Origin: an uncultured Gemmatimonadales bacterium
Lineage (GTDB): Bacteria > Gemmatimonadota > Gemmatimonadetes > Longimicrobiales > Longimicrobiaceae
Assembly: GCA_963716255.1 (NCBI GenBank)
Contig: OY970303.1
Span: 1,728,001 to 1,792,000, forward strand
Direction: 5' to 3'
DNA: 64,000 nt
In this document: positions 58,678 to 64,000 of the stretch, piece after piece
How positions within the stretch are numbered: position 1 is the first letter of the stretch
Layout: each line of letters starts with the position of its first letter
The notes under the pieces: model-generated
Database searches by the model: none
Told to the model about the DNA's origin: nothing
Seen by the model: the letters and a program-made list of their open reading frames with translations, nothing else
Program-made: the position numbers and the translations under genes

Positions 58678-59649
58678 ATGAAGCGACCGTGGACGGCCGC
58701 GCTGCTGGTGGCGGCGCTGGCGGCGTGCGAAGGCGGGTCCCCCGTCGGCGGCGAGGACGGCGGCGGCGGGCAGGCGGGGCTCGGCCCCGGGGCCTCGCTG
58801 GGGGGCCGGCGCCCCTTCCCCGACGACAACCCCTGGAACCGCGACGTGTCCGCCGAACCGGTGGACCCCGCCTCCGCCACGCTGATCGCGAGCTGCGGCG
58901 CCGACCGGACCCTGCACCCCGACTTCGGCACCACCTGGAACGGCGCCCCCAACGGCATCCCCTACGTGGTGGTGTCCGGCGGCCAGGCGCGCGTGCCGGT
59001 GAGCTTCGGCTACGCGGACGAGAGCGACCCCGGCCCCTACCCGGTGCCCGCGGACGCGCCCGTGGAGGGCGGCCCGGCCGGCACCGGCGACCGGCACGTC
59101 CTCGTGGTGGACCGCGACAGCTGGAAGCTGTACGAGCTGTTCGACGCCCACCCGCAGGACGGCGGCGCGAGCTGGCGCGCAGGCTCCGGCGCCGTCTTCG
59201 ACCTGCGGAGCAACGAGCTGCGCCCCGCCGGGTGGACCTCCGCGGACGCCGCGGGCCTCCCCGTTTTCCCCGGCCTGGTGCGCTACGACGAGGCCGTGGA
59301 GCGCGGCGAGATCCGGCACGCGCTGCGCTTCACCTGCCCGGCGACGCGGCGGGCGTACGTGCACCCCGCCCGCCACTTCGCCAGCACGCGAACCGACGCC
59401 GCGCTGCCGCCCATGGGCATGCGCGTGCGCCTGCGCGCCGACTACGACGTCGCGGGCTTTCCGCCGGCCGCGCGGGCCGTGCTGGAAGCGATGAAGAGAT
59501 ACGGGATGCTGCTGGCCGACAACGGGAGCGCCTGGTACGTGAGCGGCGCCCCCGACCCGCGCTGGAGCGACGACGAGCTCGCCACGCTGCAGCGCGTGCG
59601 GGGGAGGGACTTCGAGGTGGTGCGGATGGGGGAGGTGACGACCCGGTGA
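58678..59649 (+). CDS. hypothetical lipoprotein
   Basis: Lipobox LAAC; RBS GGAGG; GC3-rich ORF. Confidence 0.8.
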   Translation: MKRPWTAALLVAALAACEGGSPVGGEDGGGGQAGLGPGASLGGRRPFPDDNPWNRDVSAEPVDPASATLIASCGADRTLHPDFGTTWNGAPNGIPYVVVSGGQARVPVSFGYADESDPGPYPVPADAPVEGGPAGTGDRHVLVVDRDSWKLYELFDAHPQDGGASWRAGSGAVFDLRSNELRPAGWTSADAAGLPVFPGLVRYDEAVERGEIRHALRFTCPATRRAYVHPARHFASTRTDAALPPMGMRVRLRADYDVAGFPPAARAVLEAMKRYGMLLADNGSAWYVSGAPDPRWSDDELATLQRVRGRDFEVVRMGEVTTR

Positions 59650-59670
59650 GCCGCGCGCGCCGCCGGCGCG

Positions 59671-59895
59671 CTACTCCGTGCGCGGCAGGGGAACGTGGGG
59701 CTCCTCCAGCCTGCGGCCCAGCGCGTGGATGGCGCCGCGCAGGTGGTTCCGCGGCGGGAGGATGTGGTCGCGGATGATCAGGCGCTCGCGGATGGGGAGG
59801 CGCGTGGCCTTGCCCACCGCCTGGTCCAGCTGGTCCATGGCCGCCCTCACCATCTCCAGGACCTCCGCCATGCGGGCTTCCTGCTCCTCGCTCAT
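59671..59895 (-). CDS. small helical hypothetical protein
   Basis: 74-aa ORF with host-like codon use. Confidence 0.55.
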   Translation of the reverse strand: MSEEQEARMAEVLEMVRAAMDQLDQAVGKATRLPIRERLIIRDHILPPRNHLRGAIHALGRRLEEPHVPLPRTE

Positions 59896-60105
59896 CCCAC
59901 TCTCTTCCCGGGGGTGTGCACGCTCCGTGGACCCCCGGATGTTACACGCCCCGGCCCCCGCCCCGGAAGGGGTGCGGCACCCCCTTCCCGACAGACCGGT
60001 CCGGGGCGTTCCGGAAGCGGATTTCCGTCCGCTCCGTGTGGCAGGAGCTAAGCGCGCGCGGCGGGGACGCGTGTCGCGGAGCCGGCCCGCTTTGCGGGTT
60101 CCCCG

Positions 60106-61113
60106 CTACCCCGCCCGGTGCCAGGCCTTCAGCACCTCGCGCTCGTGCTCCCGCGTGATCCCCACTGGCTCGTCCATGATCGTTTCCGCGTCCGGGCGAG
60201 CGAGCTCGTACGCCAGCGAGTCGCGCACCGTCTCCTCCAGCGGGCGAAAGACGAGGCCGGCGGCCACCGAGCGGTCCACCGGGACCCGGTGCGGGTCCGG
60301 CCAGGGCCCCGGCGGCGGGGCGACCCAGAAGGGGAGCCCCACCCAGGGCCGCACCCCGTGCTCCCACAGGAAGACGTCGTCCACCCAGGTGAAGCGCGCG
60401 TCGCTCCCGCTCGCCTCGCGGCAGGCGTCCAGCACTCGCCCTGCCGTCCACTCCAGGTACGGGCCGGGGGCGACGAAGGTCCCCGCCGTCCCGTCCTCCA
60501 GCATCCGCACCATCCACCCCGCAAGGTCGCGCGCGTCCATGAGCTGCCAGGGGCGCTCCGGCTCCCCCGGCGCCAGCACCTCCCCGCCCTCCGCGATGCG
60601 CAGCAGCCAGTAGCGGAAGCGCCCCAGGTTGTCGTACGGCCCCACCAGCAGGCCCGGCCGCACGACCGTGGTCCGCCCCGGGAAGGCCGCCTCCACCGCC
60701 CGCTCGCAGAGCAGCTTCATGCCGCCGAAGCTGCGGGGGGTCACCTCCTCCGTGTCCGGGTCCTCCAGCTCCACGGTGGGGGAGTCGTCGCCGATCGCCT
60801 GCGGCACGTCGACGCGGTACACCGCGATCGACGACACGAACAGGTAGCGCTCCGCCGAGTCCGCCAGCGCCTCCGCCGCCATGCGGGCCACCCGCGGCAG
60901 GTGGGCGGAGGTGTCCACCACCGCGTCCCACCGCCGGCCGCGAAGGCCGGACAGGTCCACCGTGCGGTCGCCCACCAGGTGCTCGGCCTCCGGGAACAGC
61001 CCCGGCCCGCTCTCGCCGCGGTTGAAGAGCGTCACCTCGTGCCCGCGGGCCAGCGCCGCCTCCACCGCGTGCCGGCCCAGGAAGCGGGTGCCGCCCAGGA
61101 ACAGGATCTTCAT
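60106..61113 (-). CDS. NAD-dependent epimerase/dehydratase (atypical SDR)
   Basis: LGGTRFLG, RPGLLVGP, DARDL. Confidence 0.9.
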   Translation of the reverse strand: MKILFLGGTRFLGRHAVEAALARGHEVTLFNRGESGPGLFPEAEHLVGDRTVDLSGLRGRRWDAVVDTSAHLPRVARMAAEALADSAERYLFVSSIAVYRVDVPQAIGDDSPTVELEDPDTEEVTPRSFGGMKLLCERAVEAAFPGRTTVVRPGLLVGPYDNLGRFRYWLLRIAEGGEVLAPGEPERPWQLMDARDLAGWMVRMLEDGTAGTFVAPGPYLEWTAGRVLDACREASGSDARFTWVDDVFLWEHGVRPWVGLPFWVAPPPGPWPDPHRVPVDRSVAAGLVFRPLEETVRDSLAYELARPDAETIMDEPVGITREHEREVLKAWHRAG

Positions 61114-62114
61114 CGCAGCGCCCGGTGCCAGGCGTCCAGCACCTCGCGCTCCCGCTCACGCGGGAGCCCGGCCTTCCGCCCCCGCTCCTCCTCCGGGCGC
61201 GCGCGGTCCCACTCCAGCGTGTCGCGGACCGTGTCCGCCAGCGGCCGGGACACGAGCCCCGCCTCCACGGCGCGGTCCACCGCCACGTCGCAGGCGCCGC
61301 TCAGCGCCGGATCGTCCTCCGGGAACCAGAAGGGGAGCTCGGTCCAGGGCTTCACCCCCTGCTCCAGCAGGAACTCCTCCGGCACCCAGGTGAGCTCCGC
61401 GCCGCTCCCGCTCACCCGGACGCAGGTTTCCAGCACCTCGCCAATGGTCCAGGCGCGGCGCGGGCCGTCCACGTTGAAGCGGCCGGTGCGCCCCGCCTCC
61501 ACCATGCGCACCATCCACCCGCCCAGGTCCCGCACATCCACGAACTGCCAGAACCTCCCCGGGTCGCCGGGGGCCAGCACCTCGCCGCCCTCCGCCGCCC
61601 GGCGGGGCCAGTAGGGGAAGCGGTCCGTGTAGTCGTCGGGGCCCACGATCAGCCCCGGCCGCACCACCAGCGCCCGTCCGGGAAAAGCCGCCTCCACCGC
61701 CCGCTCGCACAGGACCTTGAGCCCCCCGTACGTGTCGCCGTCCACCTCCTCCGTGTCCGGGTCCTCCAGCTCCTCGAGCGGCGAATCCTCGCGCAGGGGG
61801 AGCGGCGCGCCCGGTTCGTACACCGAGATGGTGGAGACGAACAGGTAAAGGTCCGCCGCGTCCCGCAGCGCCTCCGCCGAGATGCGCGCCACCCGCGGCA
61901 CGTACGCCGCGGGGTCCAGCACCGCGTCCCAGCGGCGGCCGGCGAGCGCGCCCAGGTCCCGCTGGCGGTCGCCGCGAACGCGCTCCACCTCCGGGAACAG
62001 GTGCGCCCCGTGCTCGCCGCGGTGAAAGAGCGTCACCTCGTGCCCGCGCTCCAGCGCCGCCTCCACCAGGTGCCGCCCCACGAACTGCGTCCCGCCCAGC
62101 ACCAGGAGCTTCAT
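61110..62114 (-). CDS. NAD-dependent epimerase/dehydratase (atypical SDR)
   Basis: LGGTQFVG, YGGLK, RPGLIVGP; ATGA overlaps at both ends. Confidence 0.9.
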   Translation of the reverse strand: MKLLVLGGTQFVGRHLVEAALERGHEVTLFHRGEHGAHLFPEVERVRGDRQRDLGALAGRRWDAVLDPAAYVPRVARISAEALRDAADLYLFVSTISVYEPGAPLPLREDSPLEELEDPDTEEVDGDTYGGLKVLCERAVEAAFPGRALVVRPGLIVGPDDYTDRFPYWPRRAAEGGEVLAPGDPGRFWQFVDVRDLGGWMVRMVEAGRTGRFNVDGPRRAWTIGEVLETCVRVSGSGAELTWVPEEFLLEQGVKPWTELPFWFPEDDPALSGACDVAVDRAVEAGLVSRPLADTVRDTLEWDRARPEEERGRKAGLPREREREVLDAWHRALR

Positions 62115-63550
62115 CGCGCGCCGCCCCCGCGGTCCCGCAGGGCGCCCAGCAGCTTGTCGTGGATCCCCCCGAAGCCGCCGTTGGACATCACCAGCACCAC
62201 GTCCCCCGCGCGCAGCTCCGGCGCCAGGCGCGCCACGATGTCGTCCGGGGCGGGGATGTAGTGCGCCGTCTTCCCCTGCCCCCGCCAGGCGTCCACCATC
62301 CGGTTGGGGTCGATGGCCGTCTCCTCCGTGTAGCGCTCCGGGTGGAAGAGCCCCGCCAGCACCACCGCGTCCGCCCCCGCGAACGCCTGCTCGTAGGGCG
62401 CCTGGAATTCGCGCCGTTGCGCCGTGTAGCTGCGCGGCTCGAAGATCGCCACCACCCGCCTTCCCGCGTACTTCTGGCGCACCGCCTCGATGGTCTCGCG
62501 CACCGCCGTGGGGTGGTGGGCGAAGTCGTCGATCACCGTCACCCCCTCCACCTCGCCGCGGACCTCCATGCGCCGGCGGACGCTGCGGAAGGTGCGCAGC
62601 CCAAGGCGCACCCCGTCCCGGTCCGCCCCCACCGACTCCGCCGCCGCGATCGCCGCCAGGCAGTTGCGCACGTTGAAGGAGCCCGCCAGCGGCGTCTCCA
62701 CCCGGCCCCAGGGCTCGCCGTCGTGCACCACGTCGAAGCGCGACCCCTCCGGCCCGAACTCCGCGTTCAGCGCCGTCCAGCGCGGGTGCTCGCCCCCGCC
62801 CGCCCCCGTGCCGGCGTCGCCGAAGGACTGCACGGGGGCGAAGGAGCGCGCCGCCAGCTCCCGCACGATGGGCGAGTCCCACCCCGCCACCAGCGTCCCG
62901 CCGGAGGGGACCAGGTTGACGAAGCGCGCGAAGGCGAAGCGGTACGCCTCCTCGTCGCGGTAGATGTCCGCGTGGTCGAACTCGATGTTGTTCACGATCG
63001 CCGTGTCCGGCAGGTAGTGCCACATCTTGGGGCCCTTGTCGAAGTACGCCGTGTCGTACTCGTCGGCCTCCACCACGAAGTAGCCCGAGTCCGTGAGGCG
63101 GAAGGAGGTCCCGAAGTTCTCCGCCACCCCGCCGATGAGGAACGACGGGTTCAGCCCCGCGCACTCCAGGATCCAGGCCAGGATGGAGGTGGTGGTGGTC
63201 TTGCCGTGCGTCCCCGCCACCGCCAGCGAGTGCCGCCCGCGGATGAACTCCTCCTTGACCGTCACCGCCGCGGAGGTGTAGGGGATCTTGCGGTTGAGCA
63301 CCGCCTCCAGCTCCGGGTTGCCGCGGGAGATGGCGTTGCCCACCACCACCATGTCCGGGCGGGGCTCCAGGTTGTCCGGCGAGTACCCCTCGCGGAAGGC
63401 GATCCCCAGCTCGCGGAGCTGCGTGGACATGGGCGGGTACACGTTCTCGTCCGACCCCGTCACGGTGTGGCCCGCGGCGCGGAGCAGGCCCGCAAGGGAG
63501 CCCATTGCGGTCCCCCCGATGCCGATCAGGTGGTAGTGACGAGGCTCCAT
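62111..63550 (-). CDS. mpl: murein peptide ligase
   Basis: IGIGGTAMGSLA, YPPMSTQL, GTHGKTTT, EADEYD.AYFDK, DDFAHHPT, MSNGGFGG. Confidence 0.9.
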   Translation of the reverse strand: MEPRHYHLIGIGGTAMGSLAGLLRAAGHTVTGSDENVYPPMSTQLRELGIAFREGYSPDNLEPRPDMVVVGNAISRGNPELEAVLNRKIPYTSAAVTVKEEFIRGRHSLAVAGTHGKTTTTSILAWILECAGLNPSFLIGGVAENFGTSFRLTDSGYFVVEADEYDTAYFDKGPKMWHYLPDTAIVNNIEFDHADIYRDEEAYRFAFARFVNLVPSGGTLVAGWDSPIVRELAARSFAPVQSFGDAGTGAGGGEHPRWTALNAEFGPEGSRFDVVHDGEPWGRVETPLAGSFNVRNCLAAIAAAESVGADRDGVRLGLRTFRSVRRRMEVRGEVEGVTVIDDFAHHPTAVRETIEAVRQKYAGRRVVAIFEPRSYTAQRREFQAPYEQAFAGADAVVLAGLFHPERYTEETAIDPNRMVDAWRGQGKTAHYIPAPDDIVARLAPELRAGDVVLVMSNGGFGGIHDKLLGALRDRGGGAR

Positions 63551-63694
63551 GTGCAGGCTCCGGCGTGCGAGGGGTGAGCAGAACGGTGCGGCGCGGCCAT
63601 GCGAGCGGTGTGCCGCGGCGGCGCCGAGGCACTATATTGGCAGTGGCTCCTGCGGTGAGCAACCGCGCCCACGACTCCCGGGAAGCAACCTGGC

Positions 63695-64000
63695 ATGACC
63701 ATGAACACCCTCCGCCTGACCCTGGTGGCTGCTTCCGCCGCGGCCCTCGCGGGCTGCCTGGACTCCACCTCGCCCGACCCCGGCTACGCCTGCGGCGTCA
63801 ACGCGAACCCGGCCGCGCAGATCACCGGCGACACCATTCCCGGCCAGGGCGGGCTCAAGTACATCGCCGGGATGGCGGGCGACACCGCCGAGGGCGACGT
63901 CGTCCAGAACACCCACACGGTGGAAGTCTGCTACGTCGGCTTCTTCCCCAACGGGCAGGTGTTCGACCGGGGGGCCACCGTCGTCGACATCCCGGAGGGG
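63695..64000 (+). CDS. FKBP-type PPIase-like lipoprotein, partial
   Basis: Manual translation: lipobox LAGC, GLKY, VEVCYVGFFPNGQVFD; runs off window. Confidence 0.65.
   Translation, partial: MTMNTLRLTLVAASAAALAGCLDSTSPDPGYACGVNANPAAQITGDTIPGQGGLKYIAGMAGDTAEGDVVQNTHTVEVCYVGFFPNGQVFDRGATVVDIPEG

Overview
Very GC-rich bacterial chromosomal window. The mix of SusC/SusD, NagB-PIG-L fusion and lipoproteins suggests Gemmatimonadota (inference only). The backbone is housekeeping: dapB/dapA, trpS, recQ, a peptidoglycan/amino-sugar recycling cluster, glgP, pdxH, apt, mreB, apaG, msrB, hrpB, mpl. Standout features: (1) the intergenic DNA is packed with structured repeats, mainly a ~130-bp multi-hairpin family A (13 full copies plus 1 partial) with strong compensatory covariation, and a second family B built from the same hairpin module; (2) an intact IS4-family element and a 297-bp MITE have each inserted into the same hairpin of family A; (3) a lower-GC SIR2-TPR gene carries 8 near-identical 105-bp repeats that vary at only a few codons; (4) an AT-rich two-gene island (TM protein + DUF218) lies beside a decayed IS and two tandem stand-alone CxxCxGxG zinc-finger genes. 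No rRNA, tRNA or CRISPR was recognised. Start codons were re-picked by eye and family calls rest on motifs, not database searches.
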